DNA of 64,000 nt from the human T2T-CHM13v2.0 reference genome, Homo sapiens. A program made the position numbers and the translations under genes. The notes under the pieces are model-generated. The model had not been told where the DNA came from, searched no databases, and was given only the letters and a program-made list of their open reading frames with translations. Of this stretch, positions 25,273 through 38,737 are shown in pieces. Position 1 is the stretch's first letter; every line of letters begins with the position of its first letter. The stretch is from the NCBI RefSeq assembly GCF_009914755.1, contig NC_060934.1, one strand, 5' to 3'.

Positions 25273-27015
25273 GCTTGGTTGTCTCAAAAGAAATGAATCT
25301 TTTTGTAAGGGGGTGGAAAAACAGCAATAGTTGAAAATGGGAAACCACAAACTGTGAAAGAAATGAGGAGCTAAAGGGGGTATGAGGAAATAACCCCTTC
25401 TCAAACCAAGTCGTATGGAGGGGTCGTCCCTTTTTCCCAAGGAGTACACATTTATCACATGGCCGTTGGGTTTCAGATGCACTTGTGGCTTGTAAGAGGC
25501 AGATGCATAGGATGGACTTTCAAGGGGAGGTAGGTTAGGGGTAAAGTTGGACAGGAACTCTTTTAGAGAAGCCACAAACCCTGGGGGATGGTTCAGTCAG
25601 GGCCAGAGCCAGAGCCATCACAGATGCAGAAAGGAGTCTTCCAGATGGCCAGAGAGTTTGTTCAGAAGACCTTGAGCTGTGAGCGCATGCTGCAGGGAAA
25701 CTCTGCAGGCAGAGCAGCCCCAGGAAAGGGATGCTGGAAGAAGGAGGACATGATGGAATCCTGGGGAAGTCTGGTTAGAAACTTTCGAGGCTGTGGGGCA
25801 GGGGGAAGCCTGGAGGTAACGATGCAAGCAGGTGTCTGCTTATCATGTTAACCTGTGCCAAAATGGCTTGGGTTCCAGGAACTTACCTGCCTATGTGTCC
25901 AGTGAGCTACGGGGTTTTCCCACACTGTCGTGGGGGTGGCTCTGCAATCTGAGGGGCTGGTTAAGAATGTGATGCAGGGAGGGAGATGGGAAAAGGAAAG
26001 CCATGGTGGGCCGCTGACCACACAGCTCTCTACTCCTGCTTGAGATGCTCAGCCAGCAGTCTTCATGATAAACAGGCTCCCTGGAGTCCAAGTCAACAGC
26101 AGGGAAGCTTCATCTTGGATCTTTATCATTGTTGCTGACCTTGGTCCTGCTCTACCTTTCTTCTCAGGTCCTAGGACCCCACTGTTACCTTTTTCTTCTG
26201 AGAGAGCTCCTGCTGGTACCCCCAGCTCCAGTCACTGGGTCTCCATCCATTCTCACCTCCTGCTGCCCTACCCCATGACCCAGGACCTCAGGGCCTAGGA
26301 TTCTGGGCTCTGGATGCTTTCCTTTCTTCCCTGTGACTGAGTCTTTAACACCTGCTGCCCCACATTCCAGGCATCAACTGCCCTCTTGAACCTCTGCCAA
26401 CTGCCTCATGCCAGCTTCCTTTAACATGCCCCCAACCTGGCCTCACTTCTGCCTCCAGCTCCCAGGACCTCCCCAGACCCTGGCCCTGCCTTGGTGGACA
26501 GGTCCTGTTTTGGGTTCCAGCCCTTCCTGGTCTGGCATATCCAGCTGCCAACCCAGCCAGGTTTCTGACAGACATGAGCTCATGGTCATGGTTTAAAAAA
26601 GAAAAGAAAAGAAAAACCCTGTCAGCAGTTGGGTGGTGGTAGCATACATTTACTAGCAGCAAATGCCAGGGAGCTCCTGAGCTAGGGATGCCCTCGTCAG
26701 TTTCCATCCTAAGGGAAGAGAGATAAATGGGTGAAAAGTGAACAGAAGAGGAAGGGGAACAGGAAGGAGTAAATAAAAGGAGGGGAAGAATCAAGAGAAG
26801 AGAGAAAGGGAAGGGAGGATGTCGGGAGAGGGAGCAAAGTCGGGTGGGAAGAGTGTCTGTAGCTATAGCCTGTTTTCAGTGTCTAAACCGAGCATGGAGA
26901 GCTTGTCATCCATAGAGTCAGACATTGACACAAAAGAAGATGGAAAAGGTAATTGAGCCTGTGTGTGTGTGCATGTGTGAGGAGGGGTGGAGGAGGGGGG
27001 CGGGGAGAAAGAGAG

Positions 27016-27093
27016 AGAGAGAAAGGGGACATAAGAGAAAGAGAAGGGTAAAGAAGAGAGAAAGGGGACATAAGAGAAAGAGAAGAGTAAGGA
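27016..27093. repeat. Two-copy 39-bp tandem duplication in a purine-rich tract
   Basis: agagagaaaggggacataagagaaagagaag(g/a)gtaa(a/g)ga occurs twice. Confidence 0.8.
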
Positions 27094-27858
27094 AATGGGC
27101 CATCCAGGAAGTAGATAGAAGTGGAGGGCTAACAAGGTGGACAAAAACCGATGGCATCTGGAAAAAGGAATCCATGTTTGAAGTTTGTAAGGGCAATCAT
27201 TTCTGATTACTCTTCTGATGTCATTAACCAGGGTTTGTGGAAAACCCTCTGCCCTGACCACCTATCTCTGCATCTCTTGCTTGGTTCTTCTCTGATTTTT
27301 TATAAAGCTGTATCCTCATCTTGGCACCAAATTCCATTATAGATAGGATGTATATCTCATGGGTTCAGCTTGAGGGTATGGAGGTATGTTATGACCTACC
27401 ATATGCAAGGGTAAAATGAGGATAATAAAACCTCATGACGGGGATTTCATAAGGAATACGTGAGATAATGTACGCAAAGCCCTTAGCCGAACGCCTGGCA
27501 CATAGTGAGCATTCCATAAATGATAGCTATCATCCTTCTTCCCTTCTTTTTCCCCTGTCTCTGTGCCCAACTGTCACCTCCTTCTGCCTGTCATTCCTGT
27601 GAAATGCCACTCATTTTCATCCTTTTCTCTTCCTCCAAGCCCTTTAGCACATCACATGTGCATTTCTCCTATTGCAGACATGTAGAGCCCCGCCTTCATA
27701 TTCTTCCCACCCAATCTATGATAATCCTTTAATTGTGTAGCACTTTATAGAATAAAAAAAAATCCTCATTAACACCTGTGAGATAGACACATAAATGAAG
27801 GCTCAGAGAGGTGTAGTGTCTTGCCCAAAATAGCACAGCTAATAAAAGGCAGAGCTGG

Positions 27859-28285
<427 letters not shown>

Positions 28286-28589
28286 TTATATTTCCCATAA
28301 ACCTCTTCAAGGTCTGGCCCACAAGAGGCCCTTAGTCAGTGTCAGTTATTTACTTCCAGGCACCCAAAAGAGCTCAGGGCTACCCTTGGCTCAGCCCTGC
28401 CTCCATGGTAAAGGGTCCTCGCTGCTTCAGTGTTGCTCTGTTCACACCCCAGAGGCAGGATCCCAGCCTAGACTCAGGCCTGTACGCACCATAGATGAGG
28501 GCTGAGCAGAAGTGAAGCCAATATTCCATCCTTTGGTGAGGCAGGGAGAATATCATGAGGAATTAGGCTTGTTTAAGTATAGCTCAAAC

Positions 28590-28760
28590 TAGCAGAGAAT
28601 AAAAGCAACTCCATGCTCATTGCAACAGAAAGGAATTGAGATTTCATGAAAAGAAGGCCTTTTTCTGTGTGAGAGTTGAGAGATGTTAGAACGAGATTCC
28701 TGCAGAGGTTGTAGAAACTGCTCCCCTGGAGGTCTCTAAGAGCTGGAGCGCTATTTGCTT
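28590..28760 (+). mobile_element. CR1/L3-type LINE 3' fragment
   Basis: cagaggttgtagaaactgctcccctggaggtctctaag resembles the CR1 3' ORF2 motif. Confidence 0.55.
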
Positions 28761-28849
28761 TCCAGCAGGATGCGGGGCTGAAGGCTGTGTGTGCAGGTGA
28801 GGGCACAGGCAGCAGGAGGAGGGCTCAGGATGCAGCAGACCTGACCTGA

Positions 28850-29170
28850 CACCTCTACCGCGGGAGGCAGGTGGGAACTCAAAGGCAAGGCGGGGCGGGG
28901 CTGGGAGGAGAGAGCAGGCCCCAGGGAGGCCAGAGGTCAGAGGGGCAGACAGCACGAGGAGTCGCAACAGGCTGTCGAGTTCCCGGTTCCTGGTGGAGAG
29001 CCCGGCAGGCTGTTTGTTCTCGGACGTGTGCAACCGCTGCCGGCGGGGCTGTGGGCGCCGCAGCGTGGAAGGAAGGGGTGGGAAGGGGTGCATTCTGGAC
29101 CCTCGCATTGATTGGACCAAATGGACAAAAGCCAATTATTTTTCTCTGAGTAAAGCAAGGTACGGAGGCT
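28850..29170. promoter_or_regulatory. Small CpG-rich orphan element (candidate enhancer/promoter)
   Basis: About 19 CpGs in ~310 bp by my count, GC box GGGGCGGGGC near 28890, two CCAAT motifs (~29111, ~29132); no recognisable repeat. Confidence 0.55.
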
Positions 29171-29193
29171 GGCCATCAAAATATTAAACAGAC

Positions 29194-29228
29194 ATCGCTT
29201 CTTGGTCTTTTGGCTGAGATCAAGTGTA
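29194..29228 (+). pseudogene. 3'-truncated (tailless) U2 snRNA retrocopy, U2 nt 1-35
   Basis: ATCGCTTCTTGGTCTTTTGGCTGAGATCAAGTGTA vs U2 ATCGCTTCTCGGCCTTTTGGCTAAGATCAAGTGTA (3 mismatches), flanked by the direct repeat AAAATATTAAACA (29178-29190 and 29228-29240). Confidence 0.92.
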
Positions 29229-29449
29229 AAATATTAAACACAAATAACTAAATCTGAAGAGAAGTCTTTCACAATGCTTGTTAAACAAGAATGCTGGAAG
29301 TATTCTGGGAACACAAAATACCCCAGAGAGAAGTGCCACATCTTCCTGCTTCCTGGAAGATCCTCTTTTACTAGACGACCCCCTTTGCCGGGGTGGGGAG
29401 AAAGAGGAAGAGTGGTAGGTAATTTAACTGGTAAGAAATAAAAATATCT

Positions 29450-29779
<330 letters not shown>

Positions 29780-30738
29780 TTATGATTTGAATAAATCTGC
29801 ATATATCATGGAGCTGAATGCAAAACTGTGTGAGCATATTTTAAACAAAGTGTGAGCCTTGAAAAGATCTTCCAGGCTTCCTGTTGGGTGAGATTTTCAG
29901 CCTCCCCCAACCTTGTGGGGATACGTGTAACCTTTTCTTTTGCGCTTAGAGTACTTTAGTAAAAAGTTTTAACAGTGCTGCTTTAGTATTTACAAAGCAT
30001 TGTTTCACACAACATCTTATTGATATATTCAACAAGCATTTAAGCACTTTCTGTGTGCCAGGCACTGTGCCCTTTTTGACAAAGAAGTGGGTATTTGTAT
30101 TTCCCGTATTGTGGAGAAGAGGAAATAGAAAGACGCGGTGACTCCCACCACCTCCCAAAGTTCTCATGGGGCAAAGCAGAGCTAGGTATGCGGTGTCTTT
30201 CTTGGCAAGCTGTGCCTTTCTGTCATGCCTGCTGCCCTTCCCATATCTCTGCAATTCCTCCTACACCCATTCCTGCCATTAAGCAATTACACAGCACTCA
30301 CCACCATGTGCCATCCTCCTGAGAGATTTCCAGGCAGGAGGGGCAGGTCACAGGAAAATGGGAAACCCAGGAAAGCCAGCTGGTGCCTGTGCCTTTTCTC
30401 CTGCCTGTGATTAGGACACGGTCTGCACACGTTTATAGGTAAGGGCATTGGCACAGAGTAACTAACATCCTCAGGTCACAGGCAGAGCATCCAATCCCGT
30501 GGCTGAGCTGGTGGAGTCACAGCTCAGTGCAGAGCCCTAGGTTATCTGAGATGTGATCAGTGCACTGGGTAGCCCAGAATGGATTGCTCACCAACAAGCA
30601 TTTGTCCAGGGCTTGTTAGGTGTGGGCTCTGTGTTAGGCTGGTGGGAAAACAAAGATAAATACAACCTCTGCCTTCAAGGAGCTTACCATACAGCAGGAA
30701 ATTGGCGCCCACATTGTGCTGAAAGAGGTAAGGAATAG

Positions 30739-31224
<486 letters not shown>

Positions 31225-31627
31225 CTACCAAGTGATGCCCCTTCTTCCCACATCCTGTGAGCTTCCTTGCCAAGGCACTGTGGGGGCAGGAGACACTTCC
31301 TTGGTTACTGTGCACCTTCACTCCCCATCTGCAAGTGGAACTCCCCCCTCTCTGCTTATTCGTAGTTGTCTCATCTTCATCCTCAGTCAAACATTCACCT
31401 TCTTTCTCTGCAGCTTCCCAGCAGCCACCTCAACCAAAGCCAGGGCAGCCTGTGGTCACAGCCAATCTGCCTAATGGCACTTTACAGATAATGGCAGCAC
31501 ACACTGAGACTGTACGTTCAGGTGCTCAGAGCTGTTCAAGTGCTTAACTGTTTTCATCGTCCTAACAAGCCTGTGATTCTGTTCTTATGCCCATTTTATA
31601 GGTGAAAAAGCTCAGGGTAAGTAAACA

Positions 31628-31730
31628 GCAAGTAAGTGGCAAAGCTGGGACTGTCACTCAAGCACACTCTAGAAAGGTATTCTTCAGCCATTCTGCATGT
31701 AGTGCCTCCTCGGGGCCTCACAGCAATACC
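31628..31730 (+). repeat. Source copy of the 103-bp inverted duplication (partner at 30776-30878)
   Basis: Reverse complement of 30776-30878 aligns without gaps, 9 mismatches in 103 bp. Confidence 0.93.
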
Positions 31731-32008
31731 ATGGTGTAGGTTGATGGGGAAATCTAGACCACAAGGCTCAAATGCATTATTACCAAGCTCAATTCATCTA
31801 CAGGCAAAGTGGACACGGGAACCCAGGTCTGCCTCTTAGCTGGTGTTCTTTTCACTACATTTTGTTGCTGAAGCCGGAAAATATTCCCTGTATGTTTCCA
31901 GTGGCCCTATACCCACCTAGTCTTTGGAGGATTTGTTTTTGCACTTTCCTACTGGGTGAAAACAAGCTCAAACAGTCTTGACCACGCTTAAGCCAGAAAA
32001 GCTTGAAA

Positions 32009-32027
32009 GACCGCCACCTGGTGGCTT
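32009..32027 (-). promoter_or_regulatory. CTCF binding motif (upstream)
   Basis: Minus strand AAGCCACCAGGTGGCGGTC matches the CTCF core CCACCAGGTGGCG; quasi-palindromic gccacc-t-ggtggc. Confidence 0.7.
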
Positions 32028-32264
32028 TCTTGGTGGTGGTGACTGAAATTGACCCCAGCCTGCGATCAGTGGCCTTGGGTGTCAGTGGTGAGTCTGGAAG
32101 AGTAGACGTTGGAGTTTATGGCCACTGACTGTGTGCCAGGTGCTCTGCTAAGTACTTTAAAGGGCTCCCTCTCATTTATTCTTTGCATTAACCAAGTGAG
32201 GTTGGTCCTATTCTCTTTGGCTCCATTTCAAAGATGAGGAAGCTGAGGCTCAGAGGCAAAGTAA

Positions 32265-32611
<347 letters not shown>

Positions 32612-32699
32612 TAAGCTGGGCTTCAAATCCAGATTTCTCTGACTCTAGGTCCTGCTTCTACTTAACTACTCCTTATCTTACCTCCCCAGCCTTACCCCA

Positions 32700-33150
32700 T
32701 CAGGCCATGGCCCATCCCCCAGTCCTGCTCACTGAGCCGCAGCCACTCCGACCATCCCTCTCTTCTTTGGGCTCTCACACAAGGAGAATGTTCCAGGCAG
32801 AAGGCACAGCAAGTGGTCTTCTTTGCACTTTCTGTGCCCTCTGTCTGGAACGTTCTCCCAGATTTGCCTGTGGCTGGTTACTCGTCCTACAGATCTCAGC
32901 TCATATGGGTCACATCCTCAAAGATGCCATTCCAACCATCCATCTAAGTTGTCCCTGCCCAAACCCAGTTCCTCACTATCCCATTACCTATCTGCATGTC
33001 CTTCTGAGGGCTTAGCATTCTCTGAAAGTATCTTGTTTGTTTGCTTGTCTGTTTTCTGTATTCCCCACTGGGAAGGTCAGCTCCATGCTGAGTCTCAGTG
33101 CCTACCCTACTGCTTGCCTAGTAGTTGCTCCATAAATGTGTACTGGATGA
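32700..33150 (+). mobile_element. L2 3' fragment
   Basis: tgccctctgtctggaacgttctccc..tctcagctcatatgggtcacatcctcaaag..ggaaggtcagctccatg..tagtagttgctccataaatgtgtactggatgaa. Confidence 0.65.
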
Positions 33151-34636
33151 ACGATCAGAAGGAAGGCGACAGGAGAGAAAAGGTCCCATGACTGGTATTT
33201 TATCCATCTACTAACAACTCAGGGGCCTTCTCATTCCTCCCATTGTTGGTATCATCCTTGCCTCCTTCTTCTTTGGACCCCACCTCTTTGTATCCAGGAC
33301 CAGAGGTGAAGGGAGGCCAGAGCTAGGAATATAGATATTACAAATATAAGATGGCTTGCATTTCTGGTCCTTGGTATTTGATATAGCTGAAGAGTCTGGG
33401 TTTTTTTGGTAGTGGTTGTTGTTAATTCTTGTAATTAGCTTGTATCTTATAGATATTGCTCTTGGCCATTTAAAAAGAGGTTTAATTGGTCATTCAGGCC
33501 TGGAACCTATTCTGTTTTCCAAGTTTATTACTTCCTCCACCACATTCAGAACCTGGCAAGGTAGATTAGCATCTCAGGATTATAAACTGCCCGTTCTCAC
33601 TCACCCACACTTGGATGTGCTCCAGAAAACAGACACTGGCTCGTGAATTTGAATTTAGAATCCTGCACTTGTAAGGAGAAGCTCAGACCCAGGCACAATA
33701 TTTAAGATCTGCTGAAAACAGGAGCAGAGTACAAATGCTTACAGAGATGAGTTCCTAGCCAAAGACATGAGCGGCCTCAGAAAGGAAAAACCACAGTAGC
33801 TAATGGTCATTAAAGCTTAGTTGACGTAATTTCAGAGAATGAAGACAGCCACAATCCCAGTTAAATAATGCCAGGAGAATTTAGCTCTGAGCTGACAGTG
33901 CCATGACTGTGATGTGGTGGCAGAGTGGTGCCAGGGTGACCACCGGGTGAGGAACTGGGCAACCTGGCCTCTCATCTGGGCCGCCACTTTCCCACTGTAT
34001 GTCCCTACTTAATCTGGAAAGATAAAACTGAGCTGGATGATCTTTCACATTCCCTGCAGTTCTGATGCTCTAGCCCTTTATTTGGGAGTAGAAGCAGGAG
34101 GAAGGTCTGGAGGAAAGGAGGCTAAAGTTTATCGAGTTCCTTCTCTCAGTCAGGCACTGAACTGAGCACAGTGGCATCACTTCTTCATAGCAGCCCTGCT
34201 AGCATAGTCTCTATTTTGCCTATGAGGAAAAAAAAAATAGGAGGCTAAGTGACATGTCTAAAGTCACATAGCTGGACCATGACACTCAAGCCAGCACACT
34301 TTCTACTTTGCCACAAGGCATCTGGCCACTTGAAAACCACCTGTACCTGCTGCTCCAGAATATCTGATTCCTAGAAGTAGCACTCACCTTCTATGGAGCA
34401 TGACTTTGATCCACACAGTGACTGGGAAAGAGAGATGTCAGCTGGGTTGTCGGATTTCCTGGTTTATTTCAACACTATCTTCTGGCTCCCAGTTAGGCAG
34501 CTCGGGGGTGAAAGCTGCCCTTGATGTAAGTAATGAGCAGTAGAACTTGCGTTGTAGGCTGACCCCACAGGACACTGAATGATTCTGTAATTATGCCACA
34601 CAGTATTCATTGAAGGCCATGCATGTGCTGTACGCT

Positions 34637-34863
34637 AACAACAACAATAGCAATAACAGCAGCAGCAGCAACAGCAAAAACAGTAGCAACGACGGTAGCG
34701 ACAACAGCAACAGTAGCGGCAACAACAGCAGCAAAACAGCAGCAACAGCAACAACAGTAGTGTCAACAGCAGCAGCGACAGCAGCAACAACAGCAGCAGC
34801 GACAGCAGCAACAACAGCAGCAATAGCAGCAACAACAGCAGCAATAGCAGCGACAACAGCAAT

Positions 34864-34894
<31 letters not shown>

Positions 34895-35020
34895 GCAGCA
34901 ACAACAGCAGCAACAACAACAGCAACAGCAGCAACAGCAGCAGCAACAACAATAGCAACAACAGTAGTGGCAATAACAGCAGCAAAACAGCAACAGCAGC
35001 AGCAGCAGCAACAGCAACAA
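34637..35020. repeat. Long degenerate (CAG/CAA)n trinucleotide tract (~385 bp)
   Basis: Mixed CAG/CAA/CGA/TAG/TAA triplets with two single-base register shifts at 'aaaa'. Confidence 0.97.
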
Positions 35021-35734
35021 TCAATGACCTTTCCGAGGGCTCATTCTGCACTGGGCACAGTAAGATACTTACAAGCATATCACCTATGAGGAGTGTAAGA
35101 TGACTCTCCCTATTTTCTGCTTGAGGATATTGGGTCTCAATCTCGGACAGATGAAACGAGTATCCCAATGGCTGAACCGCCAGGATCAACATGCTTCTGC
35201 CTCTATATGGCGGAGAAGGTGTTAACTTGCTAGGTAAACCAAGGGGCTGTATTTTCTTAATTAAAAATCAGGGCACATGGTCTGATACACTGGCTGGTGA
35301 TCAGCAGGATCTCTAAAAACCCCAGGGGCAGTTGCAATCAGTATGGGTCTCAGCATAGCTACCTGCCTCTTTGTGCCCCCTCTTCTGCTCCATATCCATC
35401 ATATCACTTTCTGGTCGCCCAAAGCCCTCCCACAAAGGCTCATCACTCTGGCCTCCCTCCCAGAGTATCTCGTGCTCCAAAACTGTGACCTCTAATCTGC
35501 AACCAAATTTACCATTCTCAGATTAAACAATCCCCAACCTATTCTGGTGGAGGAAACCCTAACAGCTGATTGGTGTAATTCATACTAAGGTGTGAGTGAT
35601 TAACAAGATGTCTATCACTAACAAGTGTCTGTCATTTTAAAGAGAAGCTAGTTTCTCCACCAGACAGCTGTCTCTAATAGGATCCTAGCTGCCTGGCAGT
35701 CCAGGCTTCATGGTGGCAGTCTCATGGGGAAAGG

Positions 35735-35736
<2 letters not shown>

Positions 35737-35778
<42 letters not shown>
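35737..35778. repeat. (GA)21 microsatellite
   Basis: Read directly. Confidence 0.95.
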
Positions 35779-35780
<2 letters not shown>

Positions 35781-37657
35781 AACCTCTCCAGCGGGCTGAT
35801 TTTCAAAGGGAGGTGCCTTATCCCCACTTTCTAGTCTCTGATCAGAATGCAGTGGCACAGGGAGAGTGCTTGGAAAACCCTACAGCCCCTCTCCTATTGG
35901 CATCGTCTCACCTTTCGAGACCCTCTCTTCAGTGAGAAACCATTTTAATAAGGCTGTAATTTCGTTACAGAATTTTGTAATTAAATATCCTTAAAAGAAA
36001 TGAGGCTGCAGGTCCCTATCTCCCAATTTATCATAGACTTAATTCCCCAAGTTACACAGTGTTTAATCAAGACTGTATCCCTATTATAACTTCATGCACT
36101 TTCCTGGCCTTAGAGATAGGAAGTGCTCTGAATTTCTCATGAGGGTGCTCTCTGTTCCTGGGATGTTATTGTTTACCAAATAAGTGGTGGCTTCTTAGTC
36201 AGAAGTAGCAGATCTGTCCTCACCCCTGCCCTCACCCTAGTCCTCTGGGCCCGTCTCACCCTCCGAGGTAAATCCATTCATCAGCTCTTCAGAGGGTGTC
36301 ACAGTTCAGAGCTGGCGGCTTCATTTAAGGAGCAAATGTGCTCCCCCTGCTGGCTGAGGGCAGCCAATACATCGGTGTGCTGCAAAAATCACAAACCTGG
36401 TTTTTGGGCTCCCTCCAAACCACAGGTGTGAACACCTACCATGTGCTGGGTGCAGTGCTAACGGATATCAAGATGAGAAGGGTCAGGCAGCTGTCCTCAA
36501 AGAGCATAGAGTCTGCTAGGAGAGACAAAAATGTGAGTAAATATTTTACATAATCCATAAAATCATGTGTTTACCTCTATTTACTTAATTGTGGGATTGC
36601 AGAGAGAAGAGAAACTACTTCTGTCCACAGAGATAAGGGAGGCTCCATAGTGAATATAGCACTTTACCTGCATCCTGAAAAAGCAGTCAGATTTCAGAAA
36701 GTGATGATGGTGGGGATCACACAACTTAGAGTGTTAGGGGTAAAGAGAACTGAAGAATCACGTACTTTAAATGCCTCCTTTTATGAGTGAGGAAAGGGAG
36801 CTCAGAAAGCCCAAACACCCTACGTGCAGTGATGGAATAGAGAGTGGAATCCATTTCTTCTCATTCCAACTCTGGGCTCACCAGGAATTCCAGGCTGAGG
36901 GTGGATGAAAGGCAGTGTGGGTGGGGAAGTGCCAGATATGTCGGGGAAATGGTGAAAGGGGTCAGAGTTGCCACAAGAAATTCAATCGCTTTTACTGAGG
37001 AAGTGAAATGGTCTGGTTAATTTAATTTCCTAATTAGATGGAAGTTCTGCAGAAAGGCTGCTTTGTTAGAAATGTTTTTAAATTTTAAAAAACTTCCTAA
37101 AATGTTTTCTTTTGCTTTCCTGCCTTAGCAAGAAAAATGAAGGCCATGGTTAGGCCATTGATACGTCTGGTTCTTGCAGTATCTTGCAATTATTTTAGCT
37201 GCAGAGAACATGCAAATTTACAGATAGAGACCCTTGAAGGGGTTTTAAAAATCTTTAACGGCAACATATTTGCCTGCTATTTGTCTATCATCAACCACAG
37301 TGTATAGATTTATTTATCAGTGTGGGATAGTTAAATCAAGAAATCTGATTAAATGAGGGCCCTGGCTCACGTTGCTTTGGGTAATTGAGGTTTTGCCGGG
37401 TTATTAAGGTGGTCCCTGCTGAGCCCCCGCATATCTTTGCCCTTGCTCTTTGCAGGGCTGCACCAGGCATTGGTGCTTCAGCAAGGAGCCCTATAGAATT
37501 CCTGGGCTTGTTTTGAAAAGGAGCAGGCAGAACATTTCACTGATGATACTGGCTGGCTCATGCACAAGTTCTTCCCACTGGGACCCCTGCCCACGGAAAA
37601 GTATGAATAGTGGCCTTATCTAAATGACAGCCTCAAGAGATTTGACTTCAGCCTGGA

Positions 37658-38154
37658 TGTGGTAGCCAGCTGCCCCAGATTCCCACTTTCTGATATTCAC
37701 ACATTATACAGGCCCCTCCTACATTATACCAGGGTCGGTTTGTATAGCTAATAAAATAGGTGATAGCATGTCACTTCCTGGGTTAAGTTATAAAAAGTCG
37801 TTGCAGCTTTCATCCTGGCAGCTTTCTCTCTCAGATCACTTGCTCTCGGGGGAGGTAGCTGCCATGTCATGAGCATCACTATGGAGAGGCCCACGTGGTA
37901 AGGAGCTGAGGCCAACAGCCAACAGTCATGTGAGTGAGCCTGGAGGCCTAGGCTCCAGTCCCAGTTTAGCCTGATAACTGCAGCCCTGGCTGACATCTTG
38001 ACTTCAACTTCATGAGAGAGACTGAGCCAGAACTACCCAGCTAAGCCACTCTCAGATTCACAACCCTCAGAAATTGTATGAGATAATAAATATGTGTTGT
38101 TTTAAGCTGCTGAATTTAAGCTAATTTGTTATGCAACAATAGATAACTAATACA
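37658..38154 (+). mobile_element. MLT1F-type MaLR solo LTR
   Basis: tgtggtagccagc start; ggagaggcccacgtggtaaggagctgaggcc; ends ttgttatgcaacaatagataactaataca. Confidence 0.85.
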
Positions 38155-38440
38155 CTAGCGAGAGATCTCCCTGGCATGGGGAACTCTTGGGGACTGCTCT
38201 TTCTCAGCACTCTATCTAAGCAGCCAGAGGTGTCTTGACATCCCGGAATCTTAAATCTAGAAGAGGCCCTGGAGTTTAGCTAGTCCAGTTCCCTCAGTTT
38301 ATGGTGGAAAAAGAGAGGCCAGAGGAGAAGAGGCTTTGTGTGTAGCCAAGATGAAAATAAAAGTTGGATCTCCTGATTTGGGGTTCTGCCTTTCCTCCTC
38401 TATTTCCACTCCCACAATTAGTTGGCTTCCCAATTCATCA

Positions 38441-38737
38441 TTTTTATTATTTGAGACATGGTCTTGCTCTGTCACCTTTGCTGGAGTGCAGTGGCGTGAT
38501 CACAGCTCACTGCAGCCTTGACCTGCCTGGGCTCAGGTGATCCTCCCATCTCAGCCTCCTGAGTAGCTGGGACTACAGGCATGCACCACCATGCCCAGCT
38601 ATTTTTTTTTTTTTGGACTTTTTGTAGAGAGGGAGCTTCACCATGTTGGCCAGTCTGGTCTCAAACTCCCAGGCTCAAGTGATCTGCCCACCTCAGCCTC
38701 CCAAAATGGTAGGATTACAGGCCTAAGGCCCTCACCC
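38441..38737 (-). mobile_element. AluJ
   Basis: Diverged dimeric Alu (gatcacagctcactgcagccttgacc..gggctcaggtgatcctccc). Confidence 0.9.

Noticed and set aside
34635-35192. Poly-Leu and poly-Cys ORFs on the minus strand; also F/L/S- and K/E/R-rich ORFs at 53.8-54.3 kb and (HT)n/(CV)n ORFs at 59.8-60.2 kb
   Set aside because: Direct consequences of simple repeats lacking stop codons.
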